Assembly: GCF_009914755.1 (NCBI RefSeq)
Contig: NC_060929.1
Source of the DNA: the human T2T-CHM13v2.0 reference genome, Homo sapiens
Strand: one strand, 5' to 3'
Length of the DNA stretch: 64,000 bases
A program made the translations under genes and the position numbers. Below, one piece after another: positions 42,490-56,625 of this stretch (positions are counted from its first letter, which is position 1; each line of letters opens with the position of its first letter). A model generated the notes under the pieces. That model saw only the letters and a program-made list of their open reading frames with translations. It searched no databases and had not been told where the DNA came from.

Positions 42490-43620
42490 TTTTTGAAAAA
42501 TTGTATGTTGATAGAAAAGTTGCAGAGAGCTCCTATATATCCCCTAGCCAGTCTCAGCTTCCTTTAGTGTTAAACCTAAGAAACTGCCATTCGTATATCA
42601 GTATTAACCAAACTCTGGACTTCATTTGAATTTCCCTTCCAAGATCCAATCCAATATATCACATGGCATTTAGTTGTCATTTCACTCTTGGTCTATGACA
42701 GTTTCTCAGTATTCTCTAACTTTTCATGACCTAACAGTTTTGTGCAGTACTGGTAAGGTATCATGTAGAAAGTCTCTCAATATGAGTTTGTGTGATGTTT
42801 TTCTCATGCACTGTGAGACTGGACCATATTCGAGCTTGAAAAGAACTGAGACAATTTGGCAAGAACACCACAGAGGTAAAGTGTCCTTCTAATTACATCA
42901 CATCGGGGGTACAGAATACCCACATGACATCATGATCATGTTAACCTTGATTATTTGATTAAGATAGTGTTTGTCAGATTTTTCCACTGGAAAATATTAA
43001 TTTCCTTTTTCATATATATCCTTTGGAAGCAAGTCCTACAATCTGGCTCACAGTTAAAAGAGGAGAGTGAGGGGCTGGGTGTGGTGGCTCACACCTGTAA
43101 TCCCAGCAATTTGGGAGACCGAGGCAGGTGAATCACCTGAGGTCAGGAGTTTGAGACCCAGCCTGGCCAACTTTGTGAAACCCTGTCTCTACTAAAAATA
43201 CAAAAATTAGCTGGGCATGGTGGCAGACACCTGTAATCCCAGCTACTCAGGAGGCTGAGGTAGGAGAATCACTTGAACTCAGGAAACAGAGGGAGACTCC
43301 GTCTCAAAAAAGAGGAAAAAAAAAAAAGAGGAGAGGGACTAAGCTCTACCTCCTGGAGAGGGGAATGTCAACTTACATTATTTGGAATTCTCCTGTATGG
43401 AAAAGTTGTCTCTTCTACCCCAGTTATATATTTATTTAGTCATTCATTTATAACAGACGAGAATGGACTCATCTATATTTATTTTTCACTTTGGCTTATA
43501 ATTCAATATTACATTATTTATTTTGTTGCTCAAAATATTCCAACTTGGCCATTGGTAATTCTTTCAAATTGGCTGCTGTGTCCCTTTGACATACCTCCAT
43601 TCTTTTATTTGGTATTGAAA
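42490..43620 (-). mobile_element. Old L1MC-like 3' region, interrupted by an Alu
   Basis: gatagaaaagttgca...catggcatttagttgtcat...gttaaccttgattatttgattaagatagtg; boundaries approximate. Confidence 0.7.
43073..43323 (+). mobile_element. Alu (AluSx-like) with internal right-arm deletion
   Basis: acttgaactcagga is joined directly to aacagagggagactcc; TSD AAAAGAGGAGAG. Confidence 0.93.
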
Positions 43621-43755
43621 GAGGAATTTTAGCCTTCTAACTTTTGTTCTTCTCTTTTGTCTTGAAGGACTCTAAATTGTCCCCTATTCTTATCCTTTAC
43701 CACTCAATTATTACAGAGTGCCTTTCCCTTCCTTTTTGCCTACTTCACCCAGAAC

Positions 43756-44017
43756 TAGGTGGGAATTGAACAATGAGATCACATGGACACAGGAAGAGGA
43801 ATATCACACTCTGGGGACTGTTGTGTGGTGGGGGGACGGGGGAGGGATAGCATCAGCAGATATACCTAATGCTAGATGATGAGTTAGTGGGTGCAGTGCA
43901 CCAGCATGGCACATGTATACATATGTAACTAACCTGCACAATGTGCACATGTACCCTAAAACTTAAAGTATAATAAAAAATAAATAAATAAATAAATAAA
44001 AAAGAAAAAAAAAAAAA
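43756..44017 (+). mobile_element. Young L1 (L1PA2-like) 3' end with poly(A)
   Basis: Diagnostics aatgagatcacatggacac, gaatatcacactc, gctagatgatgagttagtgggtgc, cacaatgtgcac. Confidence 0.92.
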
Positions 44018-45699
44018 GACAGCCACTTCATATCATGTGTATTTTTTGACTCTTCCCTGTAGTCGATGCTCTCATCTAATGGGACAATTTTTTTATTCTT
44101 TTTATGCATCAAATAAACTTCTCTTTCCAGTGGTTATTTTGGGGCAATTGCAGGTCCCCTGCTAGTTCTACACTTCTTTCTTCCTCAGCTTTTCTTTGGA
44201 CTGCTCTTACTTGCCTCAAACACTTACACCAGAAGCCTGAGTGATCACTTACTGGAATTTGGTGCTTTTTCATTTTTTATTAGCAGGTAATTTGAATCTC
44301 AGCATATTTTCCCTTTACTTATGCTGAAGGCATGATATTTGTAACATTTTATGTGTTCTAGTTGTTCTGCACTGTTATTTGGAGGATATGGAGATACAGA
44401 TTTAAGCAGCTGCCATAAATTCTCATCTACTCCACGAATGATGCTTGATGTTGTTGCCTCTATCAACTTAAAGAAGTTTTGTTTAATCTTAGAATTTTTA
44501 TTTATAATAGGTATATATTTTTACCAAATACTTTCCACATTTAGTGAGATAATAAAATGACACAATCAATTGTCAGTTCTCCATTAATTCTTTAATGCAG
44601 TGATTACATTAGTGGGTTTTTTTTTAAAGTTGCCTCCTCTTCCATTACTGTAACAATCCCAGAGTTGACGATAATAAATTGATCTTTTAATTCATTGCAA
44701 ATTACATTTGTAAATTCTTCATTTCAGATTTTTGTACCCATGTTCATAAATGAGATTGCCTACACCTATTTTGTGGGCCTGATATACTTGTCCAGTTCTG
44801 ATATCAGAGAAGTTTTAGGATTCTGAAATGAGTATCATGCCATGTTTTCCTCTTCTAGAACATAAGGGTTAACTTTCTCTTAAAGTACAGAAAAAATTTA
44901 CTTGCAAAAATTCCTGGTTCTAGAAAAGATAAAGCATATTTTATTTTTTGCATGATGTTAGATTTACTGAGGTTTTCTACTTCTTTAATTTTAGTCATTT
45001 ATATTTCAAAAAACATACTTTAATTTATCTAATGTTTTAATTTACTGGTAATATTTATTCTCAGCCTTTTCTTTTTTAAATTTGTCATATCTACAATTGT
45101 GTACCCCCTGACACTTTTGTTTTTGTATCTTTTCTCTATTTTCTAGATAAACCTGACAGTTTATTTTGTTATATATTTTTTAAAGTTGTAGTTATTCATC
45201 TGCTCCCATATGTGTTCTATTTTGTTTTTATCCCTATTGTCATTCCTTCTAGTTTTTCTAATTTATTTTGTTCTCTTGTTAGCTTCTTATGCTGAGCACT
45301 CAGTTCAATTACTCTCCCTTTTTCTCATTTGTTAACGTGTGCATCTAAGTCTAGACTTTTTTCTCTGTGTACCATTTTGGCCATATCCCAAAGCACAGGT
45401 TTTGAAATATAATGCTCAGTCCTCTTCATTTTTAAGTACTTCGTCATTTTTGTCTTTATAATTTTATGAGTGAAGAATTATTTAAATGAGTGTTTTTCCA
45501 AAGATTTTTGGAGGTAGAAACTAACTGTGAGAATTTTTACTTGAATTGAGTTATGCACAGTAAATGTGGCTTCTGAGATTTTCCCTTTTCTATGTTGGTT
45601 TAGGTTTTCTTTGTGACCTAACACATGGTCTGTTTGAGGATGTTTAACAGAAGTGTATGTGTGTGTGTATATGTGTGTGTTTGTGTGTGTGTGTATACT

Positions 45700-46008
45700 C
45701 AACTTACAATTGGCTTACATTCTGATAAATTCATTGTAAGTCGAAAGTAACATAAATCAAAACTGATTTACTTCCCTAATAAACTCATCATAAAGTCAAA
45801 AAGTGTTAAATCAAATCTTAAAAGCCCAGATGTTCCTCAACTTCTGATGAGGTTCCATCCTGATAAATCTATCATAAAGTCAAAAAAATCATCCGTCATG
45901 CAATTGTAAGTCCAGATGCTCCTCCACTTACAATGGGGTTATGTCTCAATAAGCCCATTGTAAATTCAAAAAATCATAAGACAAATCATTTTATGTCAAG
46001 GACCATCT
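45700..46008. mobile_element. MER47/Tigger5-like DNA transposon relic with repeated terminal motif
   Basis: cagatg(t/c)tcctc(a/c)actt..atg..gtt motif recurs at ~45700 (partial), 45827 and 45913; flanked by TG-rich and CA-rich runs. Confidence 0.7.
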
Positions 46009-46139
46009 AAACACACACACACACATATACATATGTGATCACCAAAACTATTTTCTTTTTATACATTCAACTAGATAACACTTCCCAGGCTCCTTTCCAG
46101 GCACATATGGCAAAACAATGAAGGAAAGAGTATGGTGTC

Positions 46140-46530
46140 TGTCTTAGTGCATTTTGGGATGCTATAGTAGAATACTTGAGACTGATAATTTATAAAGAAC
46201 ATATATTTATTTCTTACACTTTTAGAGGCTGGGAAGTCCAGCATCAAGGGACTCACCTCTGGCAAGGGCTCTTGTGCTACATCATTCTAGGGCAGAGGGC
46301 AGAGGGCAGAAGGGCAAGAGAAAGTGAGAGAGCAAGAGATGGTGGGTAAACTCACCCCTGTTATAACAAACCTATTCCCACTGTAACAGCATTTATCGCA
46401 TTTATTCATTCATGAGGGCAGAAGTATCATGGCCTAATCACCTCTTATTAGGCCCTACTTCCTAAAACTGTTTCACTGGGGATTCAGTTTCCAACACATG
46501 ATTTTTGGTAGACACATTCAAACCATAGCA
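46140..46530 (-). mobile_element. Solo MST (MSTD-like) LTR
   Basis: tgtcttagt...gaggctgggaagtccagcatcaagg...acacattcaaaccatagca; near-TSD gtgtc/atgtc. Confidence 0.88.
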
Positions 46531-46640
46531 ATGTCTACCTCAGGTTTTGGCCATAAAAATCTTCCACTTTTGATCCAATAGGCTCTTTTAAGGCTTGAGG
46601 TGATAAACACAGAAAGCTTGTAAGCCAGATGTTAAAGGGG

Positions 46641-47680
46641 GAAAGATTTTTGATATTGGTTGGATAATAACTTTATCCAACATAAGGAGAAAGATTCTTG
46701 ATATTGGTTGGATAATAACTTTATGGATATGACACCAAAAGCACAGGCAACAAAAGCAAAAATAGACAAATGGGTTTATATCAGACTAAAAGCTTTTGCA
46801 CAGCAAGGGAAACCATCAACAGAATGAAGAGGTAATCTGTAGAATGGGAGAAAATATTTGCAAACCATGTATCTGAGAACAGGTTAATATCCAAAATATA
46901 TAAAAAAACTCAAACAACTCAATCGCAAGAATTTAAATAACCTGATTTTATAAATGGGCAAAGGACTGGATAGACATTTATCAAAAAGAAGTCATACAAA
47001 TGGCCAATAGGTAAATTTTTTAAATGCTCCACATCACTAATCATGAGGAAAATGAGAATCAAAACCACAATGAGATGTCACCTCATCCACACTGTATTGG
47101 GTATTATTTTAAAAGATGAAATACAGTAAGTGTTGGTGAGGATGAGAAGAAAAGGGAACGCTTGTACACTGTTGATGGCATTATAAATTGGTACAGTCAT
47201 TTTGGAAAACAGTATAAAGTTTCTTCAAAAAACTAAAAACAGAATTACCATATGATTCAGCAATCCCACTTCTAGGTATATATACCCCAGAGGAACTGAA
47301 ATCAGTACGTATAAGAGGTATCTGTCCTTTCATGTTTATTGCAGCATTATTCATAATACAAAGATATAAACAACCTAAATTTCTGTGGACAGATGAATAG
47401 ACAAAGAAAATGAAAGATTATTCATTCTTAAAGAAGGAGGAAACCCTGTAATTTGCAGCAAAATGGATGAGCCTGGAGGACATTACGCTAAGTGAAATGA
47501 GCCAGAAACAGAAAAACAAACTCTGCATGATCTCACCTATATGTGAAATCTAAAATAGCTGCACTCATAGAAGCAGGGTAAAATGGTGGTTGCCATATGT
47601 TGGTGTGGGGGAAATGGGAAGAGGGTCAGAAGTACAAAGTTCCAATTGTGCGAGAGGAATAGCTCTGGAGATCTAACAAC
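46641..47680 (+). mobile_element. L1MA fragment (ORF2 end to partial 3' UTR)
   Basis: gatatgacaccaaaagcacaggcaacaaaagcaaaaatagacaaatggg...ctggagatctaa. Confidence 0.9.
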
Positions 47681-48574
47681 AACAACAACTCATCTAATGT
47701 AGCAAAAAGAATGCTAACCACGTTTGAAGAAAAAATTTGAAATCTTGATGTAGGGAAAATTTCTCTTTTAAGGAAAATTTCCAAGCCTGGGGTGGAGTAT
47801 TAAGCAGATAGTACTACAGTTGAAAAGAAAAGTCTAAAATAAAAAGAAAGTATAAGAAAAAGTGAGAGACGAGAGTTGCCAGATACACTACAGAAGATTG
47901 CAATATTCTTGACAAATAAGCCCAGACATAGGAAGCTGAGTGAAGTTGACTACTAATGTCCTTCAGAATTGGAGTTGTATGTGAATACCCTACAAACTGG
48001 ATCCTTCAGATACACTTGAATCAAATATGAATACAGTATTCCTGAGACACAGCCCTACCTCTTTTTATACATTGTACTCAAAGGTCACAGCTGAGAAGTC
48101 TCAGCAGGCAATTTGGGCAAAATCGGTCTAATTTTAATCAGGGTGCAAAAGCTCTCATTTCAAGTTGTGTATTTTTTTTCTCTCTTTGATAAAATACCTT
48201 CTATGTTGTTTTCTCTATCACAACACCTATGTAGCCTATGACACACGGGTGCATAGTGGGGGTAAATGTTGCTCCATGATTCTTTAAATATTTCCAACAT
48301 TACTTCCACAATTACTTTAGCAGCTTTTTTTAAGAACATGGGTAAATCACTTAGATTATAGAGATACTAAGTTTTAACACTGAAAGTACCAATAGACACG
48401 TTCAAGACCTGAGAAGGCAAAAAAAAAAAAAAAATTTTGTCATTGTTAACTGTGATTGATTGCTCCTGACTGCTTGGAGTTCTGCTTTGTGAAGGACTCT
48501 AAGGTCATTTCTGTGGCAAGAGTGGTACAATTCATTAGTGATGCCTGCTAAGGAAAATGGTAGCTTGCATTCTG

Positions 48575-48730
48575 CATGTTCACCATCCCTTATCTAGGAT
48601 AATGCCTCCTTTTACAGATACAGGAACTGAGTCTTAGAAAACAAGTAATTGGCTCAAAGGCCAATAGCTGTTTAGTGTCAAAGCCAAAACAACCTAGGTC
48701 TCCCGTATTAGTGCTCATTTCATTGCATAA
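48575..48730 (-). mobile_element. MIR SINE fragment
   Basis: ttttacagatacaggaactgagtcttaga is the reversed MIR core. Confidence 0.65.
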
Positions 48731-48789
48731 TACTTGGGCTGAGATTTTTGGTTGTTATCAATTTTCCTATAATATTAACTCAAATTTTT

Positions 48790-49104
<315 letters not shown>

Positions 49105-49257
49105 TTAAAAAAATAGCTGAAGAGACAGTAATGGTAAAACCTTCAAAATCCAATATAAACAAAAATCCCTGAAGACAAAGCTACTTATTTTAAAAGACCA
49201 TTCTAAAAAATGTTAACCTAAAATGTGGTAATATTTATTTCCCCACAAACCAGTATA

Positions 49258-49778
49258 TATTAGTTGTCTGTGGCTATATAACCAATCAACCCAAAACATA
49301 CTGGATGAAAAAATAATAATAATCATTTATTAACGTTTCTCTGTGTTAGAACTTTGGGAGTGCCTTGGCTGGGCAGTACAGCTGAGTCTTCTATGAGGTT
49401 GCAATCAAACAGTGTTAAAGCCGGGGTCATCCGAACAGAGAAAACTTGAATTTCTGGGGGCTGGAATGGCTCGGCACCTAAAGCACCTTCTCTGTGTGGT
49501 CCCTCCATGTGTTCCCTCCAGCCCAATGGCTTCAGGGTAGCCAAACTTACTACATGTCAGCTCAGGGCTCACTCAAGGGGGATGTCTTAAGAGAAAGAGA
49601 GCCTGATGGAAGTTGTACTGCCTTTAAGGAGCCAGCATCAGGATAATGTAACTTCCACTATAATCTATTGTTCAAGGCAGTTACAAAGTGCATGCAGATC
49701 CTAATTCTTAATGAAAGAGTGTCGATGTCACATTGTAAGATGACAACATGGAATGTTATATATAATACAATCTGCCAT
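49258..49778 (-). mobile_element. MLT1 (F/G/H-like) LTR
   Basis: tattagttgtctgtggctatataaccaatcaacccaaaac...ttggctgggcag...caatctgcca. Confidence 0.7.
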
Positions 49779-49891
49779 GCAGGAGTAGGAAGAGTCCAAC
49801 AACTAGCATTGCAGGAAAGAGTTCAAAAGCAACCAGGTCATAACATCCTGAGAATTGGGCTAAGATTATTAATGACCCCAATTATGCTTTC

Positions 49892-50064
49892 AAATGCAGG
49901 GAATTCAGTTAAATTTGAACTTCAGATAAACAATGAATAATGTTCAATACAACTATGTCCCATGCAATATTTGTGATATACTTAACCCCCAAAATTATTT
50001 ATTATTTGAAATTCAAATTTAGCTACGCATTCTGAATTTTTATTTGCTAAATTTGGGAACCCTA
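49892..50064. mobile_element. MER53-like palindromic hAT MITE
   Basis: cagttaaatttgaacttcagataaacaa...tatgtcccatgcaatatttg...tgaaattcaaatttagct...tttgctaaatttgggaacccta. Confidence 0.85.
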
Positions 50065-51071
50065 TGCCAGACTGACTCAGATGGACAAGGAATCATATTT
50101 CTACATGGTGTTCATATTGGAAATGAGACCACCTTACTGCTAGTATCATCATTTCCAAGTTTGCCTGGATAGAGTAACCAAAATTGTCTTATTCGAAGTT
50201 GGTTCCATCACTGGAGTGAAACATGAACGTCCATGTTCCAAGGAGGGTGTGAATTTGGGATCATTGTCATTTTAGCTCTCCTCTCTTAGTTTCCCAGAGT
50301 TTTCTCTTTCAATCTTTCAGTTGTGCATAAGCTGATCTCCTGGCACTGGTTTCGTTTCCTGACAGGCAACATTAATTCATTTTCACATTCACACTAAAAT
50401 CACTTCCCTCTCTGTCTAACGACAACAATAATGGTGAAAGCCTACTTGGAAAACAGCTTGATGGAACAGCTGCTTCAGACTCATTAGGAATCTCACACTT
50501 TCTGTAATTTAGGGGAAAGGATGCCCACAACCACAAGCACATTGCAGTTCAGGTATCAAGCAGACACTGTACTTCTTTTTCTGGTTCATTTTTCTACTCA
50601 TAAAATTAATATGTAAACTATTCACTCAATTATTATAGAATCATAAGTGACTTGCTAAAATTTTCACCACTAATTTCCAGGATATTCAACCAGATTGTCT
50701 TGCAATGGCTGTCCCCTTATTCCATAAGTTTCAAAGCTGTCTCACATTCCCAAAGTCAGTTAAATACTGGCTTAAATCTTCCCTTTTATGTGGCATCATT
50801 AGTTGTTGTATAACCCATTCTGGGTCCCCAAATTAAGATCTGAGACTTAAGATATTCATTAACAAACTAAGAACATATTTATCGCTATGTTCTTCCTCTG
50901 CTACAGACAAGTACAAGTTTTGATGACTCACCTGAATTGAAGTTACCGTGGGAACTATCAGAGTGATGCTACCATATGTAGAAAATGTCCTTGGTTGCAA
51001 CATAATATTAGGGCCCTCCATCTATTTCATGGGTAGAGCCAGCTTTTCTCTTTCATTGCTACAATAAAGTA

Positions 51072-51595
51072 TGTAGTAGACACTGTTGGTACCAACACAA
51101 CATCCATTGTCTTCTCTTTCCTTAATAACAGAACCTCAATTTTTCACAACTATCTACCCCCTTCCACCATGTGCCTCAGGGAACAGTTCAAGGCTCAGAG
51201 AACAAACACTGAGACCAACTGTGAGGTATCCTGATGCATACCAAACTCATCTACAGGTTAGTCTAAGTCAACCAAAGAATGGTATTTCCCTGGCCACTGT
51301 TATTGGTCCAAGCATAGGCAGGTGGACATGGAAAGGCAAGTAGGTAGCCTCAGTTATAATAAAGGTCACCCTGAAGTAATGTCAGAACTACTCTTGGAAT
51401 TAAGCCAACATGAACCCCAGCAAAATGGTGAGGCAGAAAGAACCTGGGTCATTGATGGCATCACTGAAGCACTGTGACACCATCTGCTTTGACCCACAAC
51501 TGAAGCAAAATAGAAGATAAATTTCTTTATTTATTAATCACTTTGAGTCAGGATTTTCTGATTCTAGCAGTCAAAAGCTTCTTCAGCAACACTAG
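51072..51595 (+). mobile_element. Old MLT1 (J/K/L-like) LTR
   Basis: tgtagtagacactgttggt...ttccttaataacagaacc...gaaagaacctgggtcattgatggcatcactga. Confidence 0.6.
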
Positions 51596-52077
51596 ATATA
51601 GAATGTCATGTGATGTAACACAGTGTCAGCCAACAAATTGTCTGATTCTGTGCTGACATTTGCCTAGATTACAAACATGTACCTGCCACTACTGTACTTT
51701 TGGGATCTTGCCCTACAAGTATCAGAGTTCCTAAGCAAAATTTGAAGTATCAGAGATACCAAGCAAAAACACAGAATTTACTGGCTAATGTCCCTGAGAA
51801 ATACAAAGATTAAATATAACTTCCATTAAATTCATAGTTTCTAATGGTATTATCAGGACTTCATCTCTCTTCCCATTTCTCTCCATTCTATTTTTCACCA
51901 GTGGGCCTCATTATCAGTAAGACCTTACCCATAGCAGATCAATGACCTCCAGCAGATCCAATTTTATGTTTTAATGTCAGATATAAAGACCCCTCATTTT
52001 CTATCAGCATATATATAAATCCCTAAAGAGGGATCTGATTAGCTCATTGGTCATGTTCCTCCTCTAAGTAACAGTGG

Positions 52078-52252
52078 TGCTATAGATTAAATTGTGTCCC
52101 CATAAAATTCATATATCAAACTCCTAACTATATTTGAAGAGAGGGCCTGTGAGGAGTTGATAAAAGCTAAATGAGGTCATAGGATGTGGCCCTAACCCCT
52201 ATGGCCTCATCTTATAAGGCTGGTGCCCTTATAAGAATAAAACACCAGAGTA
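52078..52252 (+). mobile_element. MLT1A/B-like LTR 5' fragment
   Basis: tgctatagattaaattgtgtcccc...aaatgaggtcatagg...ggtgcccttataaga. Confidence 0.75.
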
Positions 52253-55200
52253 AGTAAGCCCTTAAAATCACCCCCTACTATCCTCTAGCTCCTTCTTACC
52301 TTCCCCAGAAACTTCAGAAGTCACATGTTCTGCATGGTATAGCTACAAAATGGAAGCAGGTTGGGTCCCTACTTCCTGCTTGGACAAAGCTTCTCATTTC
52401 CTACCAGACTGGAATGTAAGCAAGAAAATGCCTTAATTTAACCAACTGAGATTTTAGTATTTGTTTATCACAGTACTGCCAGCCTAGCTTAAATAATATA
52501 CCAAGATGTATTACTGTACTATTATACTAGACATTAGTAATGTGTAAGTTGGGAAACTAAAGTATTCTAAAATCCTTTCTTTGTTCAGGAAAACAGTGGC
52601 TATTTTGATTACCATTTTAAAAACTAATAGAATATGAATATAATTTGAACAACTAGAAAGAAATGGAAAAAATAAAGAAAATTGAAATATTCACAATTAT
52701 TTAAGGTGAAATATAATTCTATTTGTGAACGGCTTTAAAATCCTTAGGTAAAGAGAGAGAAAGAAGCATTAAATAAAGTACACCAGTAAAAGCATTAATA
52801 ACATAAGGGTTTATTATAATACTATTTTCTTTTTTGTATGCATTTGAAAATTTTTGAATAAAAACTTTAAAAAACCAAGATAGCCTAAAAGGAGGTAAAG
52901 CAAAAAAACAATAATCAACCACAAGAAATAGAAAGAAGAAAATCAAATGACAGAAATAAATCCCATTCAATAATCCAAATAAGTGTAACTATACCAATTA
53001 TACTAAATAAAAGACTTCCAGATTAAGAAAAACAAAACCAAATGAAACAAAACACATATGCTTCTTGTAAGAGAGACAATAAGATAAAATAAAATGATAT
53101 AGTAATGTTGAGAGTAATGAGACAGAAAATCTGAGGAAATTGATTCTAAAGCTTAAAGTGTCATTAAATGTATCCCTTAACTGCCTATTTAATACCCATT
53201 TTCCCTTTCTTCCTTTATACTAGAACTCGATTGTGTTGTTACCCATTTATTATGGGATTAGGGGAAGATTACTTCCTCCCCAATTCAGGGATGAACGTTG
53301 ACAGTCATTGGGACCTTTGCTTGCCAGTGATTCACTGATAAGAGGACACATCACCCCTTTCTGGCCAATAAGAAGTAAACAGAAGCTGCTGGAGGCCTTC
53401 TGGGAAAAATTTTATCAGGCTTGCAAGGTTATATATAGATAGATTGATCATATATAGAAAAATAATACAGATAAAATATATTTTATATTGATATATTATC
53501 CTAGTAATTAGTAAAAGTTGATTACCTTGCATAAGTCAGCTTCTAAAAGGTAGGAACCCAACCCAACTCTACAATAATATAGGGATAGGTGAGATAAGAG
53601 CATAAGAGGGGAAAACGCTAAAATCATGGGTCTGGGTACTAAAACCACCTCTATCTCTAACAATGTGGTCCTGGATAAGTTACTTCTGTGGCCCCATTTC
53701 ATCATCTATAAAATGAAGGACTTGGCCTAGGCTGCTTCTCTAGAATCTTTCAGCAACACAAAGAAAAACTAAAATATAGGGTAGAATTATCTGATTTAAC
53801 TGCCAAGAAGGAAAGTACACCCAGAGCTTAGAAAATAATTTTAAGCTAAAGTAAGGAGAATGTCAACAGTGACCTTTATCCATACCACTGGAGTTCAATG
53901 TGTTTCTGCTCTAGTGGTATGCAGAGATGGCATATTTATTCAATTCTTTCAGTTAGAAAGATTAAAATGCAAATGTATGTAAATTATGCACATTATAAAT
54001 GAGAACAAGAAGGAAAAATAAAACTCTGATTGCTGGTTGGCTGGAGGAACATTAACAGAATCCTGAAATGAAACCCAAAAATCCATGCTCGGAGAACCAC
54101 AGCCAAGATAAATCCCCACTCTCGCCCCTTCATTTCTTAAGTCACCACCTGGCTTCTCTACCATCAGTCAGTGCTCAATGCTCTTGGCTGCATTTACATT
54201 ACATGTGTGTAGGAGGTACAGAGTCTCAATCCACAAAACTCAATTGTGACAAAATTCAACTTTATTTTCTATATATGATATATTACCTTACTTTCTATCT
54301 CAAACTTTCTACTCCATCTTTTGGCAAAACTTAAGTCAGACAGTTTTGGGTCAATGCAATCAAGTCAAAATTTTATTCTCTCAACCCTTACCAGGGGTTG
54401 CAACTGAGATCCGAAGGATGGAAGACTGTAATACTTAGCATCAAAACATGGAAAATGGCCTTCTGTCATGATCTCATAGGTCTACACTGACATCAGTGTC
54501 CTGATTCCCTCCAGTCACCTTTCCCCATTGGCATCTGCAGAGCCATGCACATCCCACCTAGTCCCTATTCAGTCACAGTCTCCATGCTGGCCATGCTGCT
54601 GCTTCCCTCATCCCAATGAGTGACTTTTCCAAGTCCTAGACTTCCTTCAATTATCTCTCTGGCTGTCTCAACAGGTACATGAAAATCGTTGGATGTTCTG
54701 CCCCGCCAATCTCAGACATAAGAAACCTAGGGGCTGTCTCAAGCCCTCTTTTTCTAGATACTGCATGTCGGCATCTCTATTCTGCTTTTGCCATACAGTG
54801 AGGGGTGCTAGAAACTCTATGACATGCTGGCTTCCCTAATCCTCACTTGGCATGAAACGCAATTCTCCCCTGCCTTTGGATCATATATTCTCTCACTCCT
54901 CTACTCCTCACCAGGACAAAGGTCCCTTCTCAGAGGTACTCATTGCTAAATCCCATGCTCTTTATTCCCTTCTGCATTGCTGTCTTCCTTTCAGCTTATA
55001 AGATCTTTATCTAGCTTAGGAAGCTAAGGGAAACAAAACCACAGAGGCTCTGCTTCTGGCAATAGCAAACCAATTCCTGTCAGACCAACCCAACCACAGG
55101 TAACCACATAAGCTATGAACAAAATATGAAAAATCACCATCAGAAAGCATCAAAGAATAACCAAAAGCAAGAGAAACTAGAGGGGAATCAACACAGTGAA

Positions 55201-55788
55201 AGGTAACAGTACTAGAAGTTAAGCCTTCTCATCTAAGGGCATGCCACAATTAAGATGGCTAAAATATGTACATAAACCTGCAGACTCACTCGCTAGAAGA
55301 ACTGGAGGAAAGAGTTAGGGGCTAGCACAGCAGCTGGAAAGTTAAGAGGGAATCCCACAAAGGAAGGAGCTCAAACTTCTGCATATAAACTCTGTCCAAA
55401 TCTCTATCTCACCTTTCAATTCTGCTTGCTTGGGGAAGATTCCAGGCAGCTCAGCTAAGGCTAAAAGAACCGGTCAGACATTTCAGCTGCTGCCATAGGA
55501 GAAACAGAATTTTGAGTTTTAATCCAGCCTAGTTAACTGCCTACTAAAACAAAAATCAATAATCTTCAGATGACAGTTGTAGAATAGTCAGAATCTGTAT
55601 GTTGTATCATTCACAATGTCCAGAATGAAATCTAGAACTACCAGACAAATGAAGAGACCTTAATCAAGAGTGTAGGCAATCAATGCAGATGAAACTAAGA
55701 TAATCCAGAAGCTAGAATTATCAGATAAGATCTTAAATCAACCACTGAGATGGTTAGGGTGGAAACTGACTGTTAAGAAGTATAAGAC

Positions 55789-56083
55789 GGCTGGGCACCG
55801 TGGCTCATGCCTGTAATCCTACCAATTTGGGAGGTGGAGGCAGGTGGATTGCTTGAGCCCAGGAGTTTGAGACCAGCCTGGACAACATGGCAAAACCCTG
55901 TCTCTACAAAAAATACAAAATTAACCAGGTATGCACATCTATAGTCCCAGCTATTTGGGGGGCTAAGGCAGGATCACTTAAACCCAGAACGCCGAAGGTG
56001 CAGTGAGCTGATATCATGCCACTGTACTGCAGCCTGAGGGACAAAGAGAGATCCTGCCTCAAAAAAAAAAAAAAAAAAAAAAA
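55789..56083 (+). mobile_element. Alu (AluJ-like)
   Basis: ggattgcttgagcccaggag; A tail; TSD AAGAAGTATAAGA at 55775-55787 and 56084-56096. Confidence 0.95.
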
Positions 56084-56625
56084 AAGAAGTATAAGAGAAC
56101 TTTCTAGGTGATGGTAATATCCTAAACCTAAGTTACTATAAAAAAGGTAAACAAAATTGAACTCTAGTTAATTATATGCATGTTTTTAAGTGTTTGGGAG
56201 TGAAATGTAATCATATTGTCAACTTTGAAATCCATCATAAAATAAGATAGATAAATTGATAGATGTGGATTAAATAAATATAGTAATATGTTAATTGTAG
56301 AATCTAGAGAATTGATATACAATTCTATCAACATTTTTGCATATTTAAAATTTTATAATAAAATATTAGGGATAAAACTCTTCATCCTGTCTAGGAAGGT
56401 GAGAAAAAATCACTTTACTTCAAAATCCATTCCTTAGTCCAAAGCAATACTTCTAAAAGACCCCCCTAGCTCTTATGCCCCTCAAAAAATTAGAATTATA
56501 GTCTACTTTAGAATCTTTCATTTCTCTTTAAATTCCTACCTTAAGATATCTTCCTTGAAAAAAATGGATGGGTTTGGGTGCAAGAAAATGTGGAGGGGAC
56601 TACTGTGCAATCAGCTGGGAGAACA

